Source: Geopsychrobacteraceae bacterium (GTDB taxonomy: Bacteria; Desulfobacterota; Desulfuromonadia; Desulfuromonadales; Geopsychrobacteraceae). From it: a DNA stretch of 64,000 nucleotides. The notes beneath the pieces were generated by a model. That model saw nothing but the letters and a program-made list of their open reading frames with translations, made no database searches and was not told the DNA's origin. Below, one piece after another: positions 29,922 to 41,301 of this stretch; position 1 is the first letter of the stretch; each line of letters begins with the position of its first letter. The position numbers and the translations under genes are program-made. The stretch is from the NCBI GenBank assembly GCA_963662315.1, contig OY759353.1, positions 2,944,001-3,008,000 on the forward strand, read 5' to 3'.

Positions 29922-30905
29922 ATGTGGACTTACCTGAGTAAGATTAACAAAAATCTGATCATTGCCATACCGGTCATGCTGATCGCCGGTTTTATCTTCG
30001 GCGTGTTTGTAAAAGCAGGATTCCTGAAGAGTCTGATCCTCCCCTTTACGTTCCTGATGGTCTACCCGATGATGGTGACACTGAAGATCAAGCAGGTACT
30101 TGTGGGGGGCGACGCTAAAGCTCAGATTTACACCCAGCTGATCAATTTTGCCATTATTCCCTTTGTTGCCTATGCCGCCGGAAAAGTTTTCTTTCCGGAT
30201 ACCCCCTATATGGCGCTTGGCTTATTGCTGGCAGCCCTGGTTCCAACCAGTGGCATGACCATTTCCTGGACAGGTTTTGCCGGTGGAAATCTGGCGGCAG
30301 CTGTCAAAATGACCGTTGTCGGTTTGATTCTCGGGTCTCTGGCAACGCCTTTTTATATCCAGGCCTTGATGGGAGCTACTGTTGAAGTCAGCCTGACGAA
30401 GGTCTTTCAGCAGATTATTCTGATCGTCTTTTTACCCATGCTGTTTGGTTTTATTACGCAGCGCACTCTGGTCAAACGCTATGGACAGAAGGATTTTCAA
30501 ACCAAGATAGCACCACGCTTTCCGGGCCTTTCGACCATTGGTGTGCTCGGTATCGTGTTTATTGCCATGGCCCTGAAAGCACCATCCATTGCGGCTCATC
30601 CTGAACAATTGATCGGTATCCTGGTTCCGTTGGTGCTGCTCTATGCTTTCAATTATGTTCTGAGCACCTTTGTCGGTCGTGCCCTGCTATCCCGCGGCGA
30701 CGCCATTGCCCTGGTCTATGGCACGGTTATGCGTAACCTGTCCATTGCCCTGGCAGTTGCCATCAATGCCTTTGGTACTGCCGGATCGGATGCGGCCCTG
30801 GTTATCGCTCTGGCTTACGTTATTCAGGTTCAATCAGCGGCCTGGTATGTGAAATTGACGGATCGGATTTTCGGCGGGAAAGAAGCTGTTGCGCAAGCAA
30901 CATAA
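29922..30905 (+). CDS. SBF/ACR3 family secondary transporter (arsenite efflux / bile acid:Na+ symporter-like)
   Basis: MVYPMM, QLINF, PTSGMTISW, RNLSIALA. Confidence 0.8.
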   Translation: MWTYLSKINKNLIIAIPVMLIAGFIFGVFVKAGFLKSLILPFTFLMVYPMMVTLKIKQVLVGGDAKAQIYTQLINFAIIPFVAYAAGKVFFPDTPYMALGLLLAALVPTSGMTISWTGFAGGNLAAAVKMTVVGLILGSLATPFYIQALMGATVEVSLTKVFQQIILIVFLPMLFGFITQRTLVKRYGQKDFQTKIAPRFPGLSTIGVLGIVFIAMALKAPSIAAHPEQLIGILVPLVLLYAFNYVLSTFVGRALLSRGDAIALVYGTVMRNLSIALAVAINAFGTAGSDAALVIALAYVIQVQSAAWYVKLTDRIFGGKEAVAQAT

Positions 30906-31190
30906 AGAGAGCTTTTGACTGTTCAATACATCAAAAATGCGTAGCATTTATGCGGTTCTGGCCATCAGGCGCGGTTTGAGCCGTCGGCCGGCCACTTGAC
31001 TGCTGATTGCTCCCTAAAAGATACCGACGCCTGAACACGAACATATTAAAGGTCAAAATAACTGACGACAATCAATATGAACGACCTTCTGTCGTAGCCA
31101 GACGAAATGAACAGACAGCCCACGGCGCTTCGTGCCTAACGGGCGAAAATCTGTCGTGAGTAGTTGAGTCTTCACGTGTTTCCTCAATAA

Positions 31191-31238
31191 AAACAGGCAG
31201 GACCCTCCCGAAAAACACTGGGGAAATCCTGCCTGTTT
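31191..31238. terminator. Terminator hairpin downstream of cysS
   Basis: AAACAGGCAGGA..TCCTGCCTGTTT inverted repeat. Confidence 0.6.
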
Positions 31239-31263
31239 AATCCATGCTAAATATCTATAAATA

Positions 31264-32715
31264 CTAGCGCAGCAACTTCCAGGTCGTCCCCTCACGACTG
31301 TCAAGCAACTCAATCCCCTTGGCAGCCAAAGCATCACGAATCTCATCCGACTTGGCAAAATCTTTATCTTGGCGCGCCTGCAGCCGGGCAGCTATCTGCG
31401 CTTCGATCTCATCAGCGGTGATATCGAGTTTCGCCAGTCCTGTCATTTTAACCCGCTCCAGCCAAACTGCCGGTTCCGACAAGAATAACCCCAGCACTTC
31501 ATGGCCAAGCCGCAGGATGGTTGCATGAAGATCACGCACCTGTGCAACCAGATCGGCTTTCTTGGCAAATTTTTTGGTCATGATCAGGCGGTTGAGAGTC
31601 CGCACCCCTTCAAACAGATGGGCAATGGCCTGGGCGGTGTTGAAGTCATCATCCATCGCCTCGCGGAACTTCTGTTCCAGCTGTGCCCCTTCACTGCTAT
31701 CTTCCGATGCTTCAGGAGCGTCCGCTACCGCTTTGCTGGCTGCCTCCAGAGCTTCATAGAAACGACTCAGGCCACTTTGCGCTTCCATCAAATTCTGATC
31801 AGAGAAATCAATGGGTGAACGATATTGCGACGTCAGAATAAAGAAGCGCACCACTTCTGCATCATAGGTTTTCAGAATATCGCGGATGGTAAAAAAGTTG
31901 CCGAGGGACTTGCTCATTTTCTCCTGATTGACGTTAACGAAACCATTGTGCAGCCAATACTTGGCAAACGGCTTGCCGCTGGCACCTTCGCTTTGAGCGA
32001 TTTCGTTTTCATGGTGAGGGAAAATCAGATCACGGCCACCACCGTGGATATCAAATGTGTCACCAAGTAGTGACGAACTCATGGCCGAACACTCAATATG
32101 CCAGCCTGGGCGCCCTTCTCCCCAGGGAGATTGCCAGCTTGGCTCACCCGGCTTAGCCGCTTTCCACAAAGCAAAATCCATCGGGTTCTGCTTCTGTTCC
32201 CCGGGTGCAATCCGCGCTCCAGCTTTCATCTCATCCATATTACGCTTAGACAGTTTCAGGTAGCTATCGAACTTTTCGACACGGTAATATACATCGCCAC
32301 CGGAAGCGTAAGCCATATCCTTATCAATCAGCTTTTGGCAGATGGCGATAATCTCATCGATATAAGCAGTTGCCTTCGGCTCGTGAGTCGGTCGTTCAAT
32401 ACCGAGGGCATCCATATCGGTGTAGAACTCATCAATAAACTGCTCAGAGAGTTCTTTGCTGGAAATCCCGCGCTCATTGGCGCGATTGATGATTTTGTCA
32501 TCCACATCGGTAAAGTTACGCACATAGGTCGTGTCAAACCCACTGAATTTGAAATAGCGGTAGATCACGTCAAAAACAATATTCGCCCGGGCATGGCCGA
32601 TATGACAGAAGTCATAAACCGTCACGCCACACACATACATCCCAACTTTGCCGGGAACCAGGGGCTGAAAATCTTCTTTTTTACCGCTGAGGGTATTGTA
32701 AACACGCAAACTCAT
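31264..32715 (-). CDS. cysS: Cysteine--tRNA ligase
   Basis: [25 protein letters not shown]. Confidence 0.97.
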   Translation of the reverse strand: MSLRVYNTLSGKKEDFQPLVPGKVGMYVCGVTVYDFCHIGHARANIVFDVIYRYFKFSGFDTTYVRNFTDVDDKIINRANERGISSKELSEQFIDEFYTDMDALGIERPTHEPKATAYIDEIIAICQKLIDKDMAYASGGDVYYRVEKFDSYLKLSKRNMDEMKAGARIAPGEQKQNPMDFALWKAAKPGEPSWQSPWGEGRPGWHIECSAMSSSLLGDTFDIHGGGRDLIFPHHENEIAQSEGASGKPFAKYWLHNGFVNVNQEKMSKSLGNFFTIRDILKTYDAEVVRFFILTSQYRSPIDFSDQNLMEAQSGLSRFYEALEAASKAVADAPEASEDSSEGAQLEQKFREAMDDDFNTAQAIAHLFEGVRTLNRLIMTKKFAKKADLVAQVRDLHATILRLGHEVLGLFLSEPAVWLERVKMTGLAKLDITADEIEAQIAARLQARQDKDFAKSDEIRDALAAKGIELLDSREGTTWKLLR

Positions 32716-32750
32716 GGGTACTCCCTATCGAATTTTTATAACGATCTATC

Positions 32751-32871
32751 TGAAACAAGCAATTTTTTTGTTGTGGCCAGAAAATCGAGGACGTGTGCGG
32801 AGGCGTACACCTGTTCGCCGCACAAGCACGCCCGCAGATTGACACCGCCACAGCGAAAAAGAGCCGTTTCA
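32751..32871. repeat. About 120-bp intergenic element with imperfect terminal inverted repeats (MITE-like)
   Basis: TGAAACAAGCAATTTTT ... AAAAAGAGCCGTTTCA; fills most of the glnS-cysS spacer. Confidence 0.45.
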
Positions 32872-34530
32872 CATCACCTTGGCCCAGGCGTCACGCAGTG
32901 TCACCGTTCGGTTAAATACCGGAGCACCGGCTGATGATTCCTTGTTATCGGTGGTAAAATAACCAACCCGCTCAAACTGAAAAGTCTCACCCGGTTTGGC
33001 TTCGGTCAGACTTGGCTCTGCCAGAGCTTCAGTAACGGTTAATGATTCAGGATTTAAAGCGTCCAGGTAATTTTCAGCTTTATCTGGGTTCTCCTGATTA
33101 AACAGACGATCATAAACGCGTACCGGAACCTTGACCGCATGAGCTGCAGAAACCCAGTGGATAATCCCCTTGACCTTGCGCCCTTCAGGATTTTTGCCCA
33201 GGGTATCAAGGTCAGCACTGCATTTGAGCTCAATGACTTTGCCGTTTTCATCCTTAATGTACTCATCACATTTAATGATGTAGGAGTTGCGCAGACGAAC
33301 TTCACGGTCCGGCCCCAAACGGAAATATTTTTTCGGGGACGGCGGATTTTCCATGAAATCATCACGGTCAATCCACAATTCGTTGCTCATGGGCAAAACC
33401 CTGCTGCCCAGTTCCGGCTGTTGTGGATGGTTGGGAGCATCGAGCATCTCGACCTGATCATAGTTGGTAATGGTCACTTTGAGCGGATCGAGCACCGCCA
33501 TGCGCCGATAAGCGGTTTCATTCAGCTCTTCGCGCACGCAGTCTTCAAGCACTGACAGATCAATCCAATTGGAACTGCGCCCGACTCCGATACGCTCGCA
33601 GAAGGTTCGAATGGCAGCCGCAGGATAGCCACGACGGCGCATACCGGAAACAGTCGGCATCCGTGGATCATCCCAGCCGGCAACAAACTTCTCATTAACC
33701 AGTTGCAGCAGCTTGCGCTTGCTCATGACCGTGTAACTCAGATTCAACCGCGCAAATTCTATCTGTTGGGGAGCAAAAATCTCCAGTTCTTTGATAAACC
33801 ACTCGTAAAGTGGGCGATGATCTTCAAATTCGAGGGTACAGATGGAATGGGTCACCCCCTCAATGGAATCTTCCTGGCCATGGGCAAAATCGTACATCGG
33901 GTAGATGCACCATTTATCACCAGTTCGATGGTGGTGGGCATGGAGAATCCGGTACATGGCAGGATCGCGCAGGTTCATATTCGGCGACGCCATATCGATT
34001 TTGGCCCGCAAGATATGCGTACCATCAGGAAACTCACCGTTTTTCATCTTTTCAAACAGAGCAAGATTCTCTTCGACACTGCGCTCGCGATAGGGGCTGT
34101 TTTTACCCGGCTCAGTGAGTGTACCACGATTGGCGCGCATCTCTTCGGCACTCTGGCTATCGACATATGCCTTGCCCGCCTTGATAAGCTCAAGCGCCCA
34201 GCAATACAGTTGGTCGAAATAATCAGACGCAAAATACAGGTGCTCCCCCCAATCAAAGCCAAGCCATTGAACATCTTCCTTGATCGCCTCAACGTACTCG
34301 TCCTCTTCTTTGGTCGGATTGGTATCGTCGAAACGCAGATGGCAACGGCCTTTATATTCATTGGCAAGACCAAAATTCAGGCAGATACTTTTGGCATGGC
34401 CGATATGCAGATAACCATTCGGCTCGGGAGGAAAGCGGGTGATAACCTGCTCACGTTTGCCGCTGGCCAGGTCTTCATTGATGATGGTGCGAATAAAATT
34501 CGAACTGACTGGTGTCTCTGCTGTACTCAT
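32869..34530 (-). CDS. glnS: Glutamine--tRNA ligase
   Basis: [34 protein letters not shown]. Confidence 0.96.
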   Translation of the reverse strand: MSTAETPVSSNFIRTIINEDLASGKREQVITRFPPEPNGYLHIGHAKSICLNFGLANEYKGRCHLRFDDTNPTKEEDEYVEAIKEDVQWLGFDWGEHLYFASDYFDQLYCWALELIKAGKAYVDSQSAEEMRANRGTLTEPGKNSPYRERSVEENLALFEKMKNGEFPDGTHILRAKIDMASPNMNLRDPAMYRILHAHHHRTGDKWCIYPMYDFAHGQEDSIEGVTHSICTLEFEDHRPLYEWFIKELEIFAPQQIEFARLNLSYTVMSKRKLLQLVNEKFVAGWDDPRMPTVSGMRRRGYPAAAIRTFCERIGVGRSSNWIDLSVLEDCVREELNETAYRRMAVLDPLKVTITNYDQVEMLDAPNHPQQPELGSRVLPMSNELWIDRDDFMENPPSPKKYFRLGPDREVRLRNSYIIKCDEYIKDENGKVIELKCSADLDTLGKNPEGRKVKGIIHWVSAAHAVKVPVRVYDRLFNQENPDKAENYLDALNPESLTVTEALAEPSLTEAKPGETFQFERVGYFTTDNKESSAGAPVFNRTVTLRDAWAKVM

Positions 34531-34551
34531 AAACGATGGCTCCCGCATTTT

Positions 34552-35067
34552 CTATATAGTAAAAGTCGCCAGCTTTGAGATCTGGCGGTTTTGCTTCCGT
34601 TCCAACAGGACCACCGCTTCGGCGGCAATCCCTTCTCCTCGGCCACAAAAACCTAATTTTTCAGTCGTTGTTGCTTTGACATTGATCCGCGTCATAGCGC
34701 AACGACAATCGCTGCTGATAGTGGTTTTCATCGCCTCAATATAACTGGCCAGTTTCGGTTTCTGACAAATCACTGTCGCATCAAGGTTGCCAATTACATA
34801 GCCCTGCTGATGCATCTGGGCAATCACTCGCCGCAGTAGAATCCGGCTGTCGATTCCCTTGAATTCTTCATCATTGTCTGGGAAATGCTTACCAATATCC
34901 CCCAGCCCCAATGCTCCCAAAATCGCATCGCAAATGGCATGCAACAGCACATCTGCATCCGAATGACCGAGCAAACCCAGCTCGTAAGGAACTTCAACGC
35001 CGCCCAGGATCAATGCGCGATCCGCAACCAGGCGATGAACATCATAACCGTGACCGATGCGCATCAT
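34552..35067 (-). CDS. ispF: MEcPP synthase
   Basis: [23 protein letters not shown]. Confidence 0.96.
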   Translation of the reverse strand: MMRIGHGYDVHRLVADRALILGGVEVPYELGLLGHSDADVLLHAICDAILGALGLGDIGKHFPDNDEEFKGIDSRILLRRVIAQMHQQGYVIGNLDATVICQKPKLASYIEAMKTTISSDCRCAMTRINVKATTTEKLGFCGRGEGIAAEAVVLLERKQNRQISKLATFTI

Positions 35068-35777
35068 GCCGATTCCTTCCCCATACTGTCAAGCAGAGCC
35101 TTAGCAATAACAAGATCTTCTGGAGTTGTCACTTTGATATTGCGGTAATCTCCTGTCACCATAGCCACTTTTTTACCGATGTTCTCCAGCAATGATGCAT
35201 CATCGGTCCCATGAAAGCCCGTAACAGTGGCCAGGTCAAAGGCTTCACGCAACAACGCATAATGGGCTCCCTGAGGAGTCTGTGCCTGCCACAGGGACTT
35301 GCGCTCCGGTGAGGCACTGATTACCCCGCCCGTCACAATCTTGATGGTATCCTTGACTGGCACGCCAACGATACCGGCTCCTTGTGTATCAATGCAAGCA
35401 AGCAGCTCGGCAAGTAAAGCTGCATCAAACAGAGGTCGGGCACCATCATGGATCAAAACCGGACGTTGCGGCTCAGAAAAACCGTCTTGCGCCAGAGCAT
35501 CCAGCCCATTGCGTACCGAATCCTGCCGCTCAGTCCCACCAGCAATCAGTCTTTTCACTTTCTGATAACCAAATGGTTCCAGAATCTGTGTCTGACAGTA
35601 CACAAAATCATTGGCGGGAACGATGGGGTAAATAACTTCAACCAGGGGATGTGCATCGAATATGGACAGGGTATGGGCGAGAATCGGCCGTCCTGCCAGC
35701 TCCAGATACTGCTTGCTGACGGCGCTGCCCATACGGCTTCCCATTCCCGCAGCAGGGATCAGGACAGCTGCTTTCAT
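35064..35777 (-). CDS. ispD: MEP cytidylyltransferase
   Basis: [33 protein letters not shown]. Confidence 0.95.
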   Translation of the reverse strand: MKAAVLIPAAGMGSRMGSAVSKQYLELAGRPILAHTLSIFDAHPLVEVIYPIVPANDFVYCQTQILEPFGYQKVKRLIAGGTERQDSVRNGLDALAQDGFSEPQRPVLIHDGARPLFDAALLAELLACIDTQGAGIVGVPVKDTIKIVTGGVISASPERKSLWQAQTPQGAHYALLREAFDLATVTGFHGTDDASLLENIGKKVAMVTGDYRNIKVTTPEDLVIAKALLDSMGKESA

Positions 35778-35885
35778 CGGCAAACCTTCTTGGTAAAGAC
35801 AGTGATGAAAAAAGTGCTCACAAACAGAAAAGACCAGGTGACAGGCACCCGGTCTATTCCTAAAAAATGATATGAGAGCTATCTG

Positions 35886-36365
35886 TCAGTGGAATATGTT
35901 TTCCAGGCGCTGAACAACCTGGTCTTCCTTGGCACCCTCAGCCAGAGCAACCTCGGTAACCAAAAGTTTACGGGCCTGCTCAAGGACCTTCTTCTCACCG
36001 TAAGACAGCTCTTTTTCTGAGCTGATCTGGTAAAGATCCCGCAGGACCTGGGCGACTTCAAGCAGATCACCAGTCTTCAGTTTGTCGTTATACTCTCGCT
36101 GTCGGCGACTCCAGGAGGCGATTTTACCGTTACAGCATGGTTCTGCGAGTGTATCAAAAACACCTGTGATCCGCGTCTGATCAATCAAACGGCGCAAGCC
36201 CACGGTATTGGCGTTGCCCACAGGGACCATGATCTTCATGTCGGTATCTACAATCCTCAGAATGTAAAAATTTTGAGTCTGTCCGGCAAACTCCCGACTT
36301 TCAATATCCTCTACCACCCCAACTCCTTGAGTTGGGTACACGGCCATATCTCCAACTTTAAACAA
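35886..36365 (-). CDS. carD: CarD/CdnL family RNA polymerase-binding regulator
   Basis: FKVGDMAVYPTQGVG..WSRRQR..LSYGEK; TTG start with AAAGGAG RBS; conserved carD-ispD-ispF synteny. Confidence 0.9.
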   Translation of the reverse strand: MFKVGDMAVYPTQGVGVVEDIESREFAGQTQNFYILRIVDTDMKIMVPVGNANTVGLRRLIDQTRITGVFDTLAEPCCNGKIASWSRRQREYNDKLKTGDLLEVAQVLRDLYQISSEKELSYGEKKVLEQARKLLVTEVALAEGAKEDQVVQRLENIFH

Positions 36366-36603
36366 AACTAAACTCCTTTGGCTAGACCTACTAATACTAC
36401 CACAAGGCCCCTCCGCCGTCAATTACACATAGAAGAGGTAACCTGCTGATTCATATAAGAAATTGCGTTTGACATTTATCCAGCCCCCGAATATGTTATG
36501 ATTTCCCAAAAATATTCAATGACTTTCCAGTGATTCCCCGCTATTAAATAAACCGTAATTTAGCACTGGTGTTTTTGTGCCCGGGTCCATTTAGAAGGAG
36601 ATT

Positions 36604-37539
36604 TTGAAAATGAAAATTGGCGTTATCGGTGCCGGCGCAGTCGGGCTTTTTTTTGGTTCATTACTGCAACGTAGTGGTCAAGACATGCACTATTTACTGC
36701 GGAGTGACTTTGATACCATCAATAAAAATGGGCTCACCGTTTACTCGGTTAACGGTGATTTTCATCTGGATAAGCTCAATGTTTACCGCAATGCTGAGGA
36801 TATCGGCACCGTTGACCTGGTCCTGATCGCTCTCAAAACCGTATCAAATAAGTATATGATCGACCTGGTGCGTCCGCTGGTGGGACCAGACACCCTGATT
36901 GTGACCCTGCAGAACGGCATCGGGAACGAAGAAATTCTGGCTGAAGCCTTTGGTTCTGACAATATCCTCGGCGGCGTCACTTACCTGGGGGCAACCCGAA
37001 AAGAAGCTGGCAGTGTTTATCATACCAACTCCGGAAAAATTGATCTGGGTAATTTCACCGGTAGTAGCAGTGATCGCTGCCATCAACTCGCGACAATGTT
37101 TTCCGCCGCCGGTATTCCCTGCAAAGTCATCAATGATTTAATCCGCAAGAGATGGGAAAAACTGTGCTGGAACATTCCATTTAACGGACTCGGAGCGTTG
37201 CTGAATCAGGACACGGCACAACTGCTGACTGATAACGGCATAAAAGACCTGATCCGCACACTGATCATGGAGATTTGCGCAGGAGCCAATGCGCAGGGGT
37301 TTCACACACCACTTGATGGCAACGCCATGGCCGAAAACCTGATCGGCTACACCGAAAAACTCACTCCCTACCGCCCCAGTATGCTGGTCGATCGCGATGC
37401 TGGTCGTGCTATGGAAATCGAATCGATTCTGGGTGTGCCAGTTCAACAGGCTCAAAGTAAAGGCGTTGAGATGGTCCATGTTGCCATGCTTTACAAGCTG
37501 CTTATTGCCAATGAAAAGCAGCTTGTAAGTCAAAGCTAA
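36604..37539 (+). CDS. panE: 2-dehydropantoate 2-reductase family protein (second paralog)
   Basis: GAGAVG, LQNGIG, WEKLCWNIPFNG, SMLVD. Confidence 0.85.
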   Translation: MKMKIGVIGAGAVGLFFGSLLQRSGQDMHYLLRSDFDTINKNGLTVYSVNGDFHLDKLNVYRNAEDIGTVDLVLIALKTVSNKYMIDLVRPLVGPDTLIVTLQNGIGNEEILAEAFGSDNILGGVTYLGATRKEAGSVYHTNSGKIDLGNFTGSSSDRCHQLATMFSAAGIPCKVINDLIRKRWEKLCWNIPFNGLGALLNQDTAQLLTDNGIKDLIRTLIMEICAGANAQGFHTPLDGNAMAENLIGYTEKLTPYRPSMLVDRDAGRAMEIESILGVPVQQAQSKGVEMVHVAMLYKLLIANEKQLVSQS

Positions 37540-37599
37540 GGGATCTGGTTTTCAAACTGCCCCTCTTCCCGGCGAGAGGGGCAAACGCTACCCCAGTCC

Positions 37600-38406
37600 T
37601 TACTCTCTTGACCCGAAGCGCCCTTTTGGAATTATCGTTCCCAATAAAAACAGTAGGCAGGCAGCCACCACAATCGATGGGCCAGTCGGAGTGTCCCAGG
37701 TCATAGAACCAGCCAGACCACCGCAGACAGACACACAGCCTATCAAGCTGGCCAGCCCCGCCATAACTTCCGGGCCATGAGCAAAACGGCGCGCCGTAGC
37801 GGCCGGAACAATCAGCAATGAAGTAACCAGCAACAAACCAACCACTTTCATCATAATGGCTACGGTCAACGCAATCAGAGCTAAAAACAACCAGTTGACC
37901 CGATCTACCGCAATACCTTCAACGCGGGCGAGGTCCTCATGAATAGTAATCGCCAGCAGCGGTTTCCACAGCCACAGCAACCCCGCCAGGGCCAACCCAC
38001 CTCCGCCAAAAATCCAGGCCAGATCAGCTTGGCCAATGGCTAGGATATCACCAAAAAGGTATGAAACCAGGTCAACCCGGACATTCTCCATAAACGCCAG
38101 AGCAACCAGCCCCAAAGACAATGAACCATGGGCCAAAATCCCCAGCATGGTATCACTGGCAATATGCCGCTGTTTTTGGCTGAGAAACAGGATCAGGGCC
38201 AACGCCTGACAGATAACCAGAATACCAATGGTCAGATTGATATGCAGCAGAAAACCCAAAGCGACCCCAAGTAGAGCAGAATGCGCCAGAGTCTCGCCAA
38301 AATATGCCAGACGGCGCCAGACGACAAAAGAACCGAAGGGCCCGGCAATCAGGGCCACCCCAATCCCACCCAACAAGGCTCGCACGAGAAAATCATCGAA
38401 TATCAT
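37600..38406 (-). CDS. znuB: Zinc ABC transporter permease
   Basis: VVWRRLAYFGETLAHSALLG, YLFGDIL, TPTGPSIV. Confidence 0.93.
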   Translation of the reverse strand: MIFDDFLVRALLGGIGVALIAGPFGSFVVWRRLAYFGETLAHSALLGVALGFLLHINLTIGILVICQALALILFLSQKQRHIASDTMLGILAHGSLSLGLVALAFMENVRVDLVSYLFGDILAIGQADLAWIFGGGGLALAGLLWLWKPLLAITIHEDLARVEGIAVDRVNWLFLALIALTVAIMMKVVGLLLVTSLLIVPAATARRFAHGPEVMAGLASLIGCVSVCGGLAGSMTWDTPTGPSIVVAACLLFLLGTIIPKGRFGSRE

Positions 38407-39158
38407 TAAATTTTCCTGTCACAATGAGCGCAGTGATCATGTTGATGGTTCTGATCATGAACATAGACAGCCAGGTTATTTACCGCCAACGGGCCAAACA
38501 ACTCAGCGTATGCAGGATGGGAAGTCACCGCTTCAGGAGTCCCACTACAGCAGATATGACGATTCAGACATAAAACCTGATCGGTTGCCGCCATAACCAG
38601 GTGCAGATCATGAGACACCATAAGCACCGCACAATTGTACTGATCACGAATAGAGGCGATCAGCTGATACAGCTCCACCTGGCCATGAACATCCACCCCC
38701 TGAACCGGTTCATCAAGTGCCAGCAGGTCTGGCTTGCGTACCAACGCCCGGGCCAGAAGTACCCGCTGGAGTTCACCGCCCGACAGCACTTTCATCTCCG
38801 CCTCATAGACATGCTCGGCACCAACATCGGCAAGCAGCTTACGGGCCTGGCATTGATCATTTTTACAGGCCAGGGCCAGAAAACGTTTTACAGTCAAGGG
38901 AAAGGTCGGATCGAGCTGCAACTTTTGCGGCATATAGCCAACTGTCAGTCCGGCGGCACGTGTGACCGTCCCCTTCTGGGCCTGCAACAATCCCAGGGCA
39001 ACCCGCAACAGAGTCGTCTTTCCGGCACCGTTAGGACCGATAATTGTCATCACTTCGCCACGCTTTACCTGCAGACTGACATGTTCCAGCAACAGACGCC
39101 CTCCCCGGCTGAAATCGACACCTTCAAGGGCTAACAAAAGATTGTGCTTTTGTTTCAT
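38406..39158 (-). CDS. znuC: Zinc ABC transporter ATPase
   Basis: GPNGAGKT, LSGGELQR, His/Cys-rich tail; ATGA overlap with zur. Confidence 0.93.
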   Translation of the reverse strand: MKQKHNLLLALEGVDFSRGGRLLLEHVSLQVKRGEVMTIIGPNGAGKTTLLRVALGLLQAQKGTVTRAAGLTVGYMPQKLQLDPTFPLTVKRFLALACKNDQCQARKLLADVGAEHVYEAEMKVLSGGELQRVLLARALVRKPDLLALDEPVQGVDVHGQVELYQLIASIRDQYNCAVLMVSHDLHLVMAATDQVLCLNRHICCSGTPEAVTSHPAYAELFGPLAVNNLAVYVHDQNHQHDHCAHCDRKI

Positions 39159-39661
39159 GACGAAGGCTCTTCTTTCTTCTGGCAACTGGGACATAAGCCC
39201 ATAACTTCCACCGTGTGCTGGCGAACACTGAAGCCATGAGCTGCTGCACTGTCAGCAATAGCAGCGTTGATAGCCGAATCATCCAGCTCGGCATAGCTTT
39301 TACAAGCTTCACAGATAAAAAACTGGCCTTCATGAGGCTGATGAGGCTGAATGCAGCCAACATATGCATTTAGCGAAGCAATCCGATGGACAAGGCCAAT
39401 CTCGAGGAGAAAATCTAGGGCCCGGTAAACAGTCGGCGGCGCAGCTCGACCGTCACGTTGCAATAGCTCCAGGACTTCATAGGCACCCATGGGCCGATGA
39501 TAAACCCAGACCAGCTCAAATACCCGGCGCCGCAGGGTCGTAAAACGTTGCCCCCGCTGCTGACAAACCTTTTCCGCCTTGGCCATGGCTTCAGCAATAC
39601 AGACGTCGTGGTCATGCTCGTGTTCTTCATTGATAAAATGTAGGGATGTTTTTTTTGGCAT
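39155..39661 (-). CDS. zur: Zinc uptake regulator (Fur family)
   Basis: PPTVYRALDFL, CEAC and CPSC motifs. Confidence 0.92.
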   Translation of the reverse strand: MPKKTSLHFINEEHEHDHDVCIAEAMAKAEKVCQQRGQRFTTLRRRVFELVWVYHRPMGAYEVLELLQRDGRAAPPTVYRALDFLLEIGLVHRIASLNAYVGCIQPHQPHEGQFFICEACKSYAELDDSAINAAIADSAAAHGFSVRQHTVEVMGLCPSCQKKEEPSS

Positions 39662-39697
39662 GCGTATATTTATTATATGGCTCTATATTGACCAAGC

Positions 39698-39719
39698 TTT
39701 TGTTATATTATAACATTTC
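39698..39719. promoter_or_regulatory. Zur box
   Basis: Perfect palindrome TGTTATA-T-TATAACA (39701-39715) between divergent zur and znuA, overlapping a TTGACC-N17-TAACAT promoter. Confidence 0.85.
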
Positions 39720-39764
39720 AAAAACTAACCATTACATAATAAGTCAATCTTAGGAGAAACACAA

Positions 39765-40787
39765 ATGAAGAGAATCCTGTTCGGAGTGCTGTTACTCGTT
39801 ATAGCCTTACCCGCACTGAGTATGGCGAATTCTGCTCCAAATGTTGTCGTCAGTCTAAAACCTATTCATTCCCTGGTTGCCGGCGTTATGGCTGGAGTCG
39901 GCGAACCAGAATTACTGGTGAAAGGAGCCGCGTCACCCCACGGCTATGTATTACGCCCTTCAGAAGCCCGGCTACTGTCAAAAGCTGATTTGATTATTCG
40001 TGTTGGCAGCGGCCTTGAGGGTTTTATGGATAAGCCGCTTGAAACTCTTAGCCATGATGCCGACAAACTCGACCTGGCGCAGGTTCTCAAAGATAAACTG
40101 TTGCCTGCCCGCGAAGGTGGCGACTGGGAAAAACATGAGCACCATCACAGCCATGATACGGATCATGACGATCACCTTGAAGCGGAACACCATCATGACG
40201 CCGATCACGATGATCACCATGAAGCAGAACACCATCATGATGCCGATCACGATGACCACGCTACATTGGCTCACTTCGACCATCATATCTGGCTCAGCCC
40301 TGAGATAGCCAAGGAGATCGTCAAGGTCACAGCCACCAAACTTGCCACCCTGGACCCCGAGCACGCGAAAAAGTACCGTAGCAATAGCGACAAGCTTTTA
40401 ACGCGTCTGGATAAATTGGATCAACAGCTGAAAAAAGACCTGCAACCTGTTAGCAAAACCCCTTATGTGGTCTTCCATGCTGCATATCAATATTTTGAAG
40501 TTGCTTACAACCTGAACCCGGTCGGATCAATCACCATTGATCCAGAACATCGCCCGGGCGCGAAAAGAGTCAAAGAGATTCGTGATAAAATTATCCGGAC
40601 TCATGCCAAATGCGTATTCAGCGAACCGCAATTTGAATCACGCCTGATTGCGACACTTATTGAAGGAACCGATGCGCGTACCGGTATCCTTGATCCCCTC
40701 GGGGCAGATCTTGAAGCGGGTCCTGAGGCCTACTTTGTGTTGCTTGAGAATATGGGTAAAAATATCTTCCGTGGATTGGCCGATTAG
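39765..40787 (+). CDS. znuA: Zinc ABC transporter substrate-binding protein
   Basis: Signal peptide, ASPHGY, His/Asp-rich loop, HIWLSP, FHAAYQYFE. Confidence 0.93.
   Translation: MKRILFGVLLLVIALPALSMANSAPNVVVSLKPIHSLVAGVMAGVGEPELLVKGAASPHGYVLRPSEARLLSKADLIIRVGSGLEGFMDKPLETLSHDADKLDLAQVLKDKLLPAREGGDWEKHEHHHSHDTDHDDHLEAEHHHDADHDDHHEAEHHHDADHDDHATLAHFDHHIWLSPEIAKEIVKVTATKLATLDPEHAKKYRSNSDKLLTRLDKLDQQLKKDLQPVSKTPYVVFHAAYQYFEVAYNLNPVGSITIDPEHRPGAKRVKEIRDKIIRTHAKCVFSEPQFESRLIATLIEGTDARTGILDPLGADLEAGPEAYFVLLENMGKNIFRGLAD
40179..40259 (+). repeat. 42-bp tandem repeat in the ZnuA His-rich loop
   Basis: Two near-identical units encoding EAEHHHDADHDDH(H), starting at 40179 and 40221. Confidence 0.85.
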
Positions 40788-40874
40788 TGATAAAAACGCT
40801 CAGTCAGGTGCTTCACCACCATATGTGAAGCAGCATAAATATGGCTTGAGTTATCAACTAAAAGGATATGGAAG

Positions 40875-41186
40875 ATGTCACAATTTGAAAATGTTACCGT
40901 TGTCCGTGAAGCCAATATCTACTTCGGCGGCAAAGTCACCAGTCGCACCGTTCTGTTTGCCGATGGCAGTAAAAAAACTCTCGGTCTGATGCAACCGGGT
41001 GACTATGAATTTGGTACAGAAGCCAAGGAACTGATGGAAATCCTCGCTGGCGACCTGGAAGTTCTACTGCCAGGGCAGGATTGGAAAACCTATGTCCCGG
41101 GTGATAGTTTTGAAGTTCCGGCCAATTCCAGCTTCAAGCTGAAGATCAAAACTGCTACGGACTATTGTTGCAGCTATTTGGTTTAG
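40875..41186 (+). CDS. ppnP: Pyrimidine/purine nucleoside phosphorylase
   Basis: [32 protein letters not shown]. Confidence 0.92.
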   Translation: MSQFENVTVVREANIYFGGKVTSRTVLFADGSKKTLGLMQPGDYEFGTEAKELMEILAGDLEVLLPGQDWKTYVPGDSFEVPANSSFKLKIKTATDYCCSYLV

Positions 41187-41267
41187 ACGCAGCAGAAGAG
41201 CTCATAGAAAGACCCGGCTATTTCCACAGCTAGCCGTTCTGAAAAGTACGCGATAATGTCAGTTATA

Positions 41268-41301
41268 CGCCTGAAACTCTTTAAGTTTCAGGCGTTTTTT
41301 A
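41268..41301 (+). terminator. Rho-independent terminator
   Basis: ACGCCTGAAACT-CTTTA-AGTTTCAGGCGT followed by a T tract. Confidence 0.8.

Noticed and set aside
31053..31175. 40-aa ORF on the minus strand with a GAGGAA RBS and GTG start
   Set aside because: No recognisable motif, and it lies just beyond the cysS terminator; cannot be supported.
32098..34578. Long antisense ORFs (278 aa and 291 aa) over cysS and glnS
   Set aside because: Antisense shadows of conserved genes, explained by codon bias.
40140..40260. Short periodic repeats as a possible CRISPR array
   Set aside because: In-frame His/Asp coding repeats within znuA; no unique spacers and no cas genes.
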